The position numbers and the translations under genes are program-made. This document shows, piece after piece, positions 55,115 through 63,367 of a DNA stretch of 64,000 nucleotides. Under the pieces are notes generated by a model. That model worked only from the letters and a program-made list of their open reading frames with translations. It did not search any database and was not told the DNA's origin. Numbering within the stretch: the first letter of the stretch is position 1; each line of letters begins with the position of its first letter. Source of the stretch: Thermoanaerobaculia bacterium (GTDB taxonomy: Bacteria > Acidobacteriota > Thermoanaerobaculia > Multivoradales > JAHEKO01); the NCBI GenBank assembly GCA_945787575.1, contig CALZKB010000002.1, positions 12,262 through 76,261 on the forward strand, in the 5' to 3' direction.

Positions 55115-55504
55115 ATGCCCCGCCGCCGCCAGAGCCAGCGCAAGTACCTGATGATCAGCGCGATCGCCGAGCGGTTCGAGATCCACCCTCAGACCCTTCG
55201 GCTGTACGAGCGCGAAGGTCTCATCAAGCCGGTGCGCAGCGCTGGGAACACCCGGCTCTACGACGAGGTCACGATTCGCCGTCTCGAGACGATTCTCACT
55301 CTCACCCGTGACCTCGGCGTGAATCTGGCAGGGGTCGAGGTCATCCTCAACATGAACGAGCAGATGGAACAGATGCAGGTCGAGGTCGACCGCCTGCTCG
55401 AGGCGGTCAAGAGCGGGATGATCGATCGGAGGATGGGCCGGGAGCGTCGGTTTGCCTTGGAAAAGGTCCCGAAAGGGCCGCTGGCCAAGGCCGAAACGGA
55501 CTGA
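55115..55504 (+). CDS. hspR: MerR-family heat-shock repressor HspR
   Basis: YLMISAIAERFEIHPQTLRLYEREGLIKPVRSAGNTRLYDE...LTRDLGVNLAGVEVIL, the HspR-type MerR helix-turn-helix, located directly downstream of dnaK. Confidence 0.85.
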   Translation: MPRRRQSQRKYLMISAIAERFEIHPQTLRLYEREGLIKPVRSAGNTRLYDEVTIRRLETILTLTRDLGVNLAGVEVILNMNEQMEQMQVEVDRLLEAVKSGMIDRRMGRERRFALEKVPKGPLAKAETD

Positions 55505-55570
55505 CGGCGAGCTTCGAGACCTGCCTCCGTGCCACCCGGGGACGGGCAGACGCCGTGCTACGATTCGTTC

Positions 55571-56359
55571 ATGTCGTCCCAACCGGTCGAACCCTGTCCC
55601 GAGTGCGAGGGTAGAGGTTGGGTGCTCAGCGCGGACGGTAGCGCCGGCAGCGCGCGCCGCTGCTCGTGCCAGCCCGCCCGGGAGGCGGCGGACCGAGTCG
55701 AGCGCGCGGGCATTCCGAGACGCTACGCCGGATCGACGCTCCGGAGCTTCAACGTCGACTCGCCGGACGCTCACGACCGCCTGCTCGAAGCGCGAGAGCT
55801 CAGCCGCCGCTACGTCGAGCGGTTTCTGCTCGAAGACGGTAGGTTCCGCAGCACCGGCCTTCTCTACATCGGCCCTCCCGGCGTTGGGAAGACCCACCTA
55901 GCAGTCGCGGTCCTGAGGTCGTTGATCGACCGCTACGGCGTGCGCGGCCGGTTCGTCGACTTTACGAGTTTGGTGCATCAGATTCAGTCGACGTTCGACC
56001 CCGGCTCGGAGGAGTCGAAGCGTCAGGTTCTCGATCCCGTGATCGACGCCGACGTGCTGGTGGTCGACGAGCTCGGCGCCCAGCGCCCGACAGCGTTCGT
56101 CAACGACATTCTGTATCTGGTCCTCAACGCGCGATACGGGCGCTGCCTGCCGACGATCTTCACGACCAACTACTCGTTGGAGGCACCTCGCAAGGGGCCG
56201 ATCGGGCTCGACAGCCCCGCGGTCGCCCCCGTGGCGGAGCCGCTCGTTTCGCGAATTCCCGCGCGGCTCGTCAGTCGCCTGCATGAAATGGCGGATGCCG
56301 TCGAGCTTCCGGTCAAGGACTTCCGCCGAGAGGTCCTGCAGGCTCAGACGCGAATCTAG
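55571..56359 (+). CDS. DnaC/DnaI/IstB-like AAA+ ATPase with N-terminal Cys4 zinc ribbon
   Basis: CPECEGRGW...RRCSC (zinc ribbon), LLYIGPPGVGKTHLAVAV (Walker A), VLVVDELG (Walker B), IFTTN (sensor I). Confidence 0.7.
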   Translation: MSSQPVEPCPECEGRGWVLSADGSAGSARRCSCQPAREAADRVERAGIPRRYAGSTLRSFNVDSPDAHDRLLEARELSRRYVERFLLEDGRFRSTGLLYIGPPGVGKTHLAVAVLRSLIDRYGVRGRFVDFTSLVHQIQSTFDPGSEESKRQVLDPVIDADVLVVDELGAQRPTAFVNDILYLVLNARYGRCLPTIFTTNYSLEAPRKGPIGLDSPAVAPVAEPLVSRIPARLVSRLHEMADAVELPVKDFRREVLQAQTRI

Positions 56360-57334
56360 GTGACGATTTCCGGAACGGAAGCCGTGAGGAACTCGCGCCT
56401 CTCCGCCGTCGACTGCGTAGGTCGAGGAATCTCGAACCTCCGCGGTAACTGGGAGCTCGTGCCAACCGTCTTCCTACAGCTCGTCGCGTGTGCGGTGCTC
56501 ACCGTACTCGGGCTCCTGGCCGGAGGCGTCATCGCCGGAGCGACGTCACTGCTCTCGGCCGACGACTTCTCGGATGTCGACCGACTCCTCGAGCGCTTCC
56601 AAGCGCTGTCGATGAGCTGGCCCGCGGTGGCGGTAGGCCTCTCGACGGTGTTCATAGTGCTGACGCTCGTGAGCTTGGTCTATTGCTGGTTCCAGGCCGG
56701 CATCGTCTCGACGCTGGAACGCGGAGAGCGTCAGGCGCCGCCAGGAGCCAAGACGCAGTGGCCGCTGTTTCGGACGTTCTCGATCCGTAACTTGATGGGT
56801 TGGAGCAGCGGTTCGGCGTGGCGGTTCTTCTGGCTCCTCGGATGGATGCTGCTGCTTTCGACCGTCATCTTGGCGGTGATGACCGGGCTGGCGGCGGTGT
56901 TGACGTTCTTGATCCAACGGGCAAGCGGAGCGGGTGCTCTGGTCTTTGGCTGTCTGGCGTTGCTTCCGATCATAGGCTTCGGGCTGACGCTCAACGTCTG
57001 GTTCGCGATCGGCCAAACGCTCGTTACGCGGGACCAAGGTACGGTGCTCGGGGCGTCCAGAACGGCCTTGGAGATTCTCCGCCGGCGTTTCGGCGCGGCC
57101 GTCGTGATCGCGCTCCTCTTCGTTCTCGCGAGCCTCGTCTCGGCGATCATTTTCGTTCCGCTGACTCAAGGGATGACGATCGCTCTGGGAGACGGCGGTC
57201 TCGCCGCGACCGTGGTGCAGCTGCTGTTGATGGCCGCGCAATGGATCGTCAGCGCGATTCTCTCGATCGCGTTCTTCGGCTCGGTCGTCGCCTTGACGTG
57301 CAACGAGCTAGCCCCCGGACAGGGCGGCTCCTGA
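56360..57334 (+). CDS. Hypothetical polytopic membrane protein
   Basis: About 6-7 hydrophobic helices. GTG start lies immediately after the preceding stop. I recognise no diagnostic motif. Confidence 0.55.
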   Translation: MTISGTEAVRNSRLSAVDCVGRGISNLRGNWELVPTVFLQLVACAVLTVLGLLAGGVIAGATSLLSADDFSDVDRLLERFQALSMSWPAVAVGLSTVFIVLTLVSLVYCWFQAGIVSTLERGERQAPPGAKTQWPLFRTFSIRNLMGWSSGSAWRFFWLLGWMLLLSTVILAVMTGLAAVLTFLIQRASGAGALVFGCLALLPIIGFGLTLNVWFAIGQTLVTRDQGTVLGASRTALEILRRRFGAAVVIALLFVLASLVSAIIFVPLTQGMTIALGDGGLAATVVQLLLMAAQWIVSAILSIAFFGSVVALTCNELAPGQGGS

Positions 57335-57335
57335 G

Positions 57336-59519
57336 ATGGCAGGATCCCCGGTTCACTACCGTCGGTGGTGGGTTGCCGCCGTCTTGACGGCGGGAGTGGC
57401 GGCGGTCGCTCTTGTCGTCGACTTCCAGGGAGTCTCCGCGTCGGTCCAGCCGATCGGAGCGCGGCCGACCCGGCCCTTGGTCATCCCGGAGAACGTGAGA
57501 GTCGGTCTGGCGACCGATCTGGAGAGGCTGACTCTCCCGTGCTGCGGTTCCGACCTGCGCGCTCAGGCCGGGGAGACTCAGGTGGCGCTCGTGGAGCCTT
57601 TCACCGTGGAACCGGCGGCGCGCGGCGGGCGCGGCGTCTACCGGCTCCAAGTCGCCGCTCTCAAGGACGAAGCTCAGGCTCGGCGGCTCGCTCTGGAGAT
57701 GGCCGAGCGCGAAGGAACGCCGGCCGACGTGGTGTTCGATGCAGGCACCGGTCTCTACCGCGTGCGGGTCGGGCGATACGCTGGTCGGGAGGAGGCGGAC
57801 GAAGCCGCCATGCGGCTGGCGATGGGTGGCAGCTCGGGCGCCTTCGTCGTCAGCGAGCCGTCGGCTTCCGTGGCCGAGGGTCTTCGGGTGACTCAGGGCG
57901 AAAGTTCTTGGCGGGTCCGTGGCCGCTGGGTCGCGGTCTGGTCGCGCTCGGAGGCGGGCGTGCGGATCTCCTCCGGACGTTACCGCGGTCGGATTCTGCT
58001 CTACCTCAACGATCGCGGAACGCTGAATCTCATCAACGAGCTTCCGCTCGAAGACTATCTGCGCGGAGTGGTCCCGAGGGAGATGGGCCCTGAGGCCTAC
58101 GACAGCCTGGAGGGACTCAAAGCACAGGCGGTCGCCGCGCGTAGCTATGCGGTGCACAACCTGTCTGAGTTCACGGCGGAGGGGTACGACATCTGCGCGA
58201 CGCCTCGCTGCCAGGTCTACGGCGGGGTCGCGGCCGAGCATCCGCTCTCGGATCGTGCCGTGGCCGAGACGGTGGGTCAGGTCCTCGCTTACGGCGGCGG
58301 TCCGGTCGACGCGATGTACAGCTCGACTTGCGGCGGCCATACCGAAGACGTCGCGATCGTCTTCCCGGCCCGAGACGAGCCCTACTTGCGCGCCGTCCCC
58401 TGTTTCGAGGCCGGGTTGACCGAGCTCTCCGGTGACCTGCCGCCCGGTGAGCCGTTCCCGGAGGCCCTCGTGCGCCGTCTTCTGCCGCCGCGAGAAGCGG
58501 CGGTCACCGCCGCGGGTACCGCGGGACGGATCCGCCAGCTCGCCTCGGAGGCCGGCTTTCCGCAGCCGCGGAGCTTCCTGCAGGAGCTGGATCGGCGGTC
58601 CCTGACTCGCTACCTCGCAGACTGGCTCGACCTCGCTTTCGATGCCGAGCTCTTCGTCTCCGGTGCGGACGTGCCGTACGCTCTGGGTGAGGCGCCGGCT
58701 GGGTGGTCTTCGGAGGAGCTCCGACTCGCCGCGTATCTCGCTAGGTTGGGGGTTCTCGACGGGCCGCTCGCGGCGCCGTTGTCGACCCGGGAGCTCGAGC
58801 GGTCGCTGCTCGCTCTCATGACCTTGCTGCGTACCGTCGAGCAGGTGGAGGGCCGCTTCGCCTCGCTCAAGGACGGGCGATTGGCGATCAGTGTCGACAG
58901 TACGATTCGCGACTTCGAGATCGGCAGGCCGCTCGCGACGTTCCGCGGACGGGAGGGCGAGCTGCGAGCCGCCCCCCTCGCGATGGTCCCCGGAGATCAT
59001 CTGAAGCTCTTCCTCGAGGACGGCGAGCTCGTCGCGATCACCCAGCGCGTGGAGCGGTCGGGAGCCGCCTATGATCGAAGCAGCAAGTTCAGCTCGTGGA
59101 GGCGCTTCCGAACCGACCGGGAGTTGGCCGCGCTGATCGCCGAGCGCCATCCCGGTTTCGAGTTTCGGGGTCTCCAGGTGCTCGAGCGCGGCCGCTCGGG
59201 CAGGGTTGGACGAATCCGCGTCCTCGGCGACGGCTCCGCCGTCGAGATCGAGGGGCTGGCTATCCGTTGGGCGCTCGATCTACCGGACACCCTCTTCACC
59301 GCCAAGCGCCTGGAGCCGCCCCAGGCGGAGCCCGGCTGGCTCTTTGCCGGCCGCGGCTGGGGCCACGGCGTCGGTCTCTGCCAGGTCGGCGCCTACGGGA
59401 TGGGACTCAGGGGCCATTCCTACATGGACATCCTCACCCACTACTACTCCGGGGTCTCCGCCGCCTCGGTCGAGGTGGTTCCCCGACCGGTTTACGAAGA
59501 CTGGGCGCGGCGGCGCTGA
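57336..59519 (+). CDS. SpoIID/LytB-domain protein with SPOR peptidoglycan-binding domain
   Basis: SPOR: YRLQVAALKDEAQARRLA...LYRVRVGRYAGREEADEAA. SpoIID: EDYLRGVVPREMGPEAYDSLEGLKAQAVAARSYA, YSSTCGGHTED, WGHGVGLCQVGAYGMG. Confidence 0.85.
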   Translation: MAGSPVHYRRWWVAAVLTAGVAAVALVVDFQGVSASVQPIGARPTRPLVIPENVRVGLATDLERLTLPCCGSDLRAQAGETQVALVEPFTVEPAARGGRGVYRLQVAALKDEAQARRLALEMAEREGTPADVVFDAGTGLYRVRVGRYAGREEADEAAMRLAMGGSSGAFVVSEPSASVAEGLRVTQGESSWRVRGRWVAVWSRSEAGVRISSGRYRGRILLYLNDRGTLNLINELPLEDYLRGVVPREMGPEAYDSLEGLKAQAVAARSYAVHNLSEFTAEGYDICATPRCQVYGGVAAEHPLSDRAVAETVGQVLAYGGGPVDAMYSSTCGGHTEDVAIVFPARDEPYLRAVPCFEAGLTELSGDLPPGEPFPEALVRRLLPPREAAVTAAGTAGRIRQLASEAGFPQPRSFLQELDRRSLTRYLADWLDLAFDAELFVSGADVPYALGEAPAGWSSEELRLAAYLARLGVLDGPLAAPLSTRELERSLLALMTLLRTVEQVEGRFASLKDGRLAISVDSTIRDFEIGRPLATFRGREGELRAAPLAMVPGDHLKLFLEDGELVAITQRVERSGAAYDRSSKFSSWRRFRTDRELAALIAERHPGFEFRGLQVLERGRSGRVGRIRVLGDGSAVEIEGLAIRWALDLPDTLFTAKRLEPPQAEPGWLFAGRGWGHGVGLCQVGAYGMGLRGHSYMDILTHYYSGVSAASVEVVPRPVYEDWARRR

Positions 59520-59736
59520 GAGGACTCGTCAAGGCGAAGAAGGCCCTTCTTTCGGGAGGGGGTAGGGGATGGGCCGGCCAGCCGGAAGGAAGGACCTTCT
59601 TCGCCTGAATCCGTGGGACGCGCGTCGGGAGCGTCGATCGAGGAGTCGTCCATTCCGGCTGGGATCGGCCCGGCGAACCGCGTGCTACGATGCGACCTTC
59701 GGTCGCGCCTCCCATCCTCTCGCCCGAGTTTCGGAC

Positions 59737-60909
59737 ATGCTAGAGACTGCTACAGAGCCCGCCGTTGATTTCGAGTTGACCGCGGAGCAACGAGCCGTTC
59801 GGGATGCCGCAAGGGACTTCGCCCGCAAGGCGATCGACCCGATCGTCGAAGAGATCGACGAAGCCCAGCGGTTTCCGCTCGACGAGTTCCGGCAAGCGGG
59901 TGAGCTCGGCTTTCTCGGAATCATCATTCCGGAAGAGTACGGCGGCGCGGGGATGGGCTACATCGAATACGCCCTCGTGATCAGCGAGCTTGCGCAGGTC
60001 GACCCCAGTGTCGGATTGAGCGTCGCTGCGCACAACTCGCTCTGCACCAACCACATCTACAAGTTCGGCACCGAGGAGCATCGCCGCAAGTGGGTGGTGC
60101 CGCTCGCCAGCGGCGAGAAGATCGGTGCTTGGAGCCTGACGGAACCGGGCGCCGGCTCCGACGCGGCGGGCACCCGCAGTCGCGCCGAGAAGGTCGATGG
60201 TGGCTGGCTTCTCAACGGGGCGAAGACTTTTACTACTCACGGCTCGGTGGGCGATCTCTGTGTCGTCTTCGCGGTAACCGATCCCGACCGGCCGCGCCAC
60301 CAGAACGTCTCGGCGTTCGTGCTCGAGAAGGGTATGGACGGCTTCCGACCCGGAAAGAAGGAGAACAAGCTCGGCACCCGCGCCTCCGACACCGCCGAAG
60401 TGATCATGGAGAACTGCCTCGTGCCCGAGGATCACCTTCTGGGCGAGAGGGGTGAAGGATTCGCCCAGGCGCTCGAGATCCTCGACGGCGGCCGCATCTC
60501 GATCGCCGCGCTGGGGCTCGGGATCGCCAAGGGTGCCTTCGAGACGGCGCTCGCCTACTCGAAGGAGCGTGAGCAGTTCGGGAGACCGATCTCGAGCTTT
60601 CAGGCGATCCAGTTTCACCTGGCCGAGATGTCGACCCGTATCGCGGCCGCCGAGGCGCTGATCATGGCGGCGGCGCTTGAGATAGACGACTCCAGGCCGG
60701 TGACGCGGTTGGCGGCGGAGGCCAAGCTCTACGCCGGTGAGACGGCCGTCTTCTGCTCCGACCTGGGGGTTCAGATCCACGGTGGCTACGGCTTCATCAA
60801 GGACTATCGGGCGGAGAAGTTCTTTCGTGACTGCAAGATCTGCACGATCGGAGAAGGCACGAGCGAGATCCAACGGCTCGTCATCGCCCGGCAGCTTCTA
60901 CGCGGATGA
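59737..60909 (+). CDS. Acyl-CoA dehydrogenase (short/branched-chain type)
   Basis: [74 protein letters not shown] at 59737; the upstream part of the track ORF is an extension. Confidence 0.9.
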   Translation: MLETATEPAVDFELTAEQRAVRDAARDFARKAIDPIVEEIDEAQRFPLDEFRQAGELGFLGIIIPEEYGGAGMGYIEYALVISELAQVDPSVGLSVAAHNSLCTNHIYKFGTEEHRRKWVVPLASGEKIGAWSLTEPGAGSDAAGTRSRAEKVDGGWLLNGAKTFTTHGSVGDLCVVFAVTDPDRPRHQNVSAFVLEKGMDGFRPGKKENKLGTRASDTAEVIMENCLVPEDHLLGERGEGFAQALEILDGGRISIAALGLGIAKGAFETALAYSKEREQFGRPISSFQAIQFHLAEMSTRIAAAEALIMAAALEIDDSRPVTRLAAEAKLYAGETAVFCSDLGVQIHGGYGFIKDYRAEKFFRDCKICTIGEGTSEIQRLVIARQLLRG

Positions 60910-61346
60910 TCCCGAAGATCGACCACATCGGCATCGCCGTCGAGTCGATCGACGAAGCGCGAGGGTTCTACGAGGCGATGGGGCTCGAGGTGGCCGGGAT
61001 CGAGGAAGTGCCTCGGGAGGGGGTACGCGTCGCGATGATCCCCTGCGGCGAGAGCAAGATCGAGCTTCTCGAAGCGACGACACCGGACTCGCCGATCGCC
61101 GACTTCATCGGCCGCCGGGGACCGGGGCTCCATCACCTCTGTCTGGCCAGCACCGACGTCCGAGCCGCCACCGGGGAGCTCCGGGATGCCGGCTATCGGG
61201 TTCTGAGGGAGCAACCGACGAGGGGCGCCGGAGGCTGCTGGGTGCAGTTCGTCCACCCCAAGAGTGCCTCCGGGGTTCTCGTCGAACTGTCGGAGCCACC
61301 CGAGCCGGCCGAGTCGGAAAGAAGACCGATCGGCGAGTCGCGCTGA
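60906..61346 (+). CDS. mce: Methylmalonyl-CoA epimerase (VOC/glyoxalase fold)
   Basis: [40 protein letters not shown] overlaps the ACAD stop (ATGA). Confidence 0.8.
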   Translation: MIPKIDHIGIAVESIDEARGFYEAMGLEVAGIEEVPREGVRVAMIPCGESKIELLEATTPDSPIADFIGRRGPGLHHLCLASTDVRAATGELRDAGYRVLREQPTRGAGGCWVQFVHPKSASGVLVELSEPPEPAESERRPIGESR

Positions 61347-61367
61347 CCCCGAACCTCTCGGCCGCTG

Positions 61368-62099
61368 CTAGAAGCGGACGTGCCGGACGAAGATCGAAGC
61401 GACGTCGACCTCCTCGTCCTGCAAGGCGAGGGCAAGATCGGTCGTCAATTCGAACTCACCGGCGCGCTCTTGACTCGAGGTCGTGAGCAGAAGCTCGACC
61501 ACTTCGCAGCTGCCTGGAGACAATTCCTGGACGGCCAGTAGGACCTCGGCCGCGACCTCCAGTCCGCGAAAGACGGACGCTTCCGAGTCGGTCTTCAACT
61601 CGACCAGCGGTCTCCCTTGCTCCGTCCCTTGGTAGAGGGCGGCCCGTTCGATGCCTCGATCGGTGAGGCCGGTCATGATCTCGGCGGCGAGCTTGAGATC
61701 CCGAAAGGGGCGCCGTTCGACCTGCTCGATACGGGTCTCGGAAGACGCGCTGTTGCGAGCCTCGGTCGCGGGCGTCGATCGCGAGGTTCCGCGCATCGAC
61801 GCCTCGCCACGCTCGATCAGGTCGCCGACGCGCTCCTGCCGTTTTGCCTCCTCTCGGGTGATCGGCTTTTGCACGAAGGCGCCGTCTTCCAAGACGAGTG
61901 CGTTGCCCAGGTCGTGTTCGTTCGCCAGCTCGGTCTTCTCGACGTCGATCTCACTGGCATCGAGGAACGTCTGGGTGCCGCTGACCAGCGTGATGATCGC
62001 CTTGTCCCCTTCGATCACGTACTTTTCGCGAGCCTGGATTTGCGAACCGTCCTTGAGGACGACCGTATAAGCCAGGATCGGCGCCGCGCAGAGGGTCAA
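61368..62099 (-). CDS. Hypothetical (probably exported) protein; true start unresolved
   Basis: The frame is open far upstream, but that stretch overlaps the divergent DAHP synthase gene. The only canonical in-frame start downstream of it is TTG 62099, which lies inside the hydrophobic signal-like segment ...RSRQANRDLLATAVCLTLCAAPILA/YTVV. See the frameshift finding. Confidence 0.45.
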   Translation of the reverse strand: MTLCAAPILAYTVVLKDGSQIQAREKYVIEGDKAIITLVSGTQTFLDASEIDVEKTELANEHDLGNALVLEDGAFVQKPITREEAKRQERVGDLIERGEASMRGTSRSTPATEARNSASSETRIEQVERRPFRDLKLAAEIMTGLTDRGIERAALYQGTEQGRPLVELKTDSEASVFRGLEVAAEVLLAVQELSPGSCEVVELLLTTSSQERAGEFELTTDLALALQDEEVDVASIFVRHVRF

Positions 62100-62231
62100 G
62101 CAGACGGCGGTCGCGAGCAGGTCGCGGTTCGCTTGGCGCGATCGGCCATGCCCGGCGCTGCACCGCGGCTCGAGGCCTTTGTTATCATACCGCCCCGCCG
62201 CGCTGGCGCGTGAAGACTCGAGGATCCAGGC

Positions 62232-63266
62232 ATGCTCGTCGTGATGAAGATGGAGGCTACGCCCTCCGAAGTGGAAGCGGTCGTCCGCAAGGTCGAGGAC
62301 CGCGGACTCAAGGCTCACCCGATCCCGGGTGCACAGCGCACCGCGATCGGGATCACCGGCAACCTCGGCGTCGTCGAGCCGGCGGCGATCCAGTCGCTGG
62401 ATGGCGTGCTGGAGGTCATTCAGGTCAGCCACCCCTACAAGCTCGTTTCGAGAGAGTTCTGTCCCGACGATACGATCGTCGATGTCGGAGAGGTGCAGAT
62501 CGGAGGAAGGGATCTCGTTCTCATCGCCGGACCCTGCTCGGTGGAAAGCTACGAGCAGACGCTCAACGTCGCCCGGAAGGTCAAGGCGGCGGGAGCGCAG
62601 ATTCTTCGCGGCGGTGCGTACAAGCCGCGGACCAGCCCCTACAGCTTCCAAGGTCTCGGGATCGAGGCGTTGAAGATCCTGGACAGGGTGCGCAACGAGA
62701 CCGGGTTGCCCGTCGTGAGCGAAGCGCTCGACATCGACGTCCTCGACGAGGTCGCCGACTACTCCGACATGGTCCAGATCGGCGCCCGCAACATGCAGAA
62801 TTACACGCTTCTACGTCGGGCGGGGCGCTGCGGCAAGCCGATCCTGCTCAAGCGGGGAATGAACGCGACCTTGACGGAGCTGATGCTGGCAGCCGAGTAC
62901 GTCCTCGATCAGGGCAACGGGCAAGTTGTCTTGTGCGAGCGGGGCATCCGGACCTTTGCCGATCACAGTCGCAACACGCTGGACGTGACGCTGATCCCGG
63001 CTATCGAGGAGATTTCGCATCTGCCGGTGATCGCCGATCCGAGTCACGCCTGCGGCCAGCGCGGCAAGGTGCTGCCTCTGTCGAGAGCCGCCATTGCCGC
63101 CGGAGCGGACGGTCTGATGATCGAAGTTCACGACGCTCCCGAGGAGGCTCTTTCCGACGGTCTTCAGGCGCTGCTGCCGGAGGAGTTCTCGGAGCTGGTC
63201 GAACAGGTCGCGATGCTCGCTCCGGTGGTCCAGCGAGGGCTACCGGCCTTCGCCGGGCGGGGATGA
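62232..63266 (+). CDS. 3-deoxy-7-phosphoheptulonate (DAHP) synthase, type I-beta with N-terminal ferredoxin-like regulatory domain
   Basis: The N-terminal ~65 aa (MLVVMKMEATPSEVEAVVRKVEDRGLKAH...) precede IAGPCSVES, LRGGAYKPRTSPYSFQG, KRG, DPSHA and GLMIEVH, as in Thermotoga-type DAHPS. Confidence 0.9.
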   Translation: MLVVMKMEATPSEVEAVVRKVEDRGLKAHPIPGAQRTAIGITGNLGVVEPAAIQSLDGVLEVIQVSHPYKLVSREFCPDDTIVDVGEVQIGGRDLVLIAGPCSVESYEQTLNVARKVKAAGAQILRGGAYKPRTSPYSFQGLGIEALKILDRVRNETGLPVVSEALDIDVLDEVADYSDMVQIGARNMQNYTLLRRAGRCGKPILLKRGMNATLTELMLAAEYVLDQGNGQVVLCERGIRTFADHSRNTLDVTLIPAIEEISHLPVIADPSHACGQRGKVLPLSRAAIAAGADGLMIEVHDAPEEALSDGLQALLPEEFSELVEQVAMLAPVVQRGLPAFAGRG

Positions 63267-63367
63267 GCACGGCGCTCTTGCTGCTCGAGGACGGCAGCCT
63301 CTTCGAGGGCGAGGCGGTGGCGCCGGGGAACCGCCTCGACGAAGTGAAGACGGTAGCCTCGTCGTGA
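63263..63367 (+). pseudogene. carA: 34-codon relic of the carbamoyl-phosphate synthase small subunit N-terminus
   Basis: MSTALLLLEDGSLFEGEAVAPGNRLDEV... aligns with the CarA N-terminus (E. coli [35 protein letters not shown]...) and stops where MTGYQE would follow. ATG overlaps the DAHPS stop (ATGA); its own stop overlaps the next GTG (GTGA). Confidence 0.55.

Noticed and set aside
55571-56359. IstB-like ATPase as evidence of an IS21-family element
   Set aside because: There is no IstA transposase ORF, no terminal inverted repeats and no disruption of flanking genes. The N-terminal zinc ribbon fits DnaI/DnaC-type loaders better.
57249-59150. 633-aa minus-strand ORF antisense to the SpoIID/SPOR gene
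   Set aside because: Same reasoning: the sense frame carries SPOR and SpoIID motifs, and the antisense product is Arg/Pro/Gly-rich with no recognisable domain.
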